Positions 38,851 through 38,923 of a DNA stretch of 38,923 bases are shown in pieces. The stretch is taken from positions 1 through 38,923 of the forward strand of contig NW_021835771.1 of the NCBI RefSeq assembly GCF_006345805.1. The letters run 5' to 3'. A model generated the notes under the pieces. That model made no database searches. It was not told the origin of the DNA and was given only the letters and a program-made list of their open reading frames with translations. Every line of letters begins with the position of its first letter. Position 1 is the first letter of the stretch. The DNA comes from Octopus sinensis (Eukaryota). The translations under genes were made by a program, and so were the position numbers.

Positions 38851-38923
38851 TATATAATATATATATAATGTATAGATAGATAGATATGTTTCTTTATTAG
38901 CCACACAGGGCTGCACACAGATA

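Overview
AT-rich eukaryotic, essentially non-coding DNA saturated with microsatellites ((TA)n, (CA)n, (ATT)n, (GACA)n, (GATA)n) and transposon relics. The SINE types and microsatellite load look most like an octopus (cephalopod) genome; that taxon call is inference from recognition, not a database hit. I found no intact host protein-coding gene, and almost all ORFs in the track are translated microsatellites. Recognisable elements are decayed R4/Dong-like and RTE-like LINE fragments, a full-length decayed mariner with both TIRs, an internally deleted maT/DD37D-like Tc1-mariner, a hAT MITE with an 8-bp TSD, a possible pogo relic, three tRNA-derived SINE families and several foldback elements. 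The most interesting signal is a set of short non-coding elements, mostly sitting in (TA)n tracts, with minimal type I hammerhead-ribozyme-like folds whose helix III is self-complementary (Penelope/retrozyme style). One is a 459-bp element with 103-bp inverted termini, present three times (tandem plus inverted). There is also a ~1.85-kb (TA)n-centred palindrome. Some duplications could be assembly artefacts.
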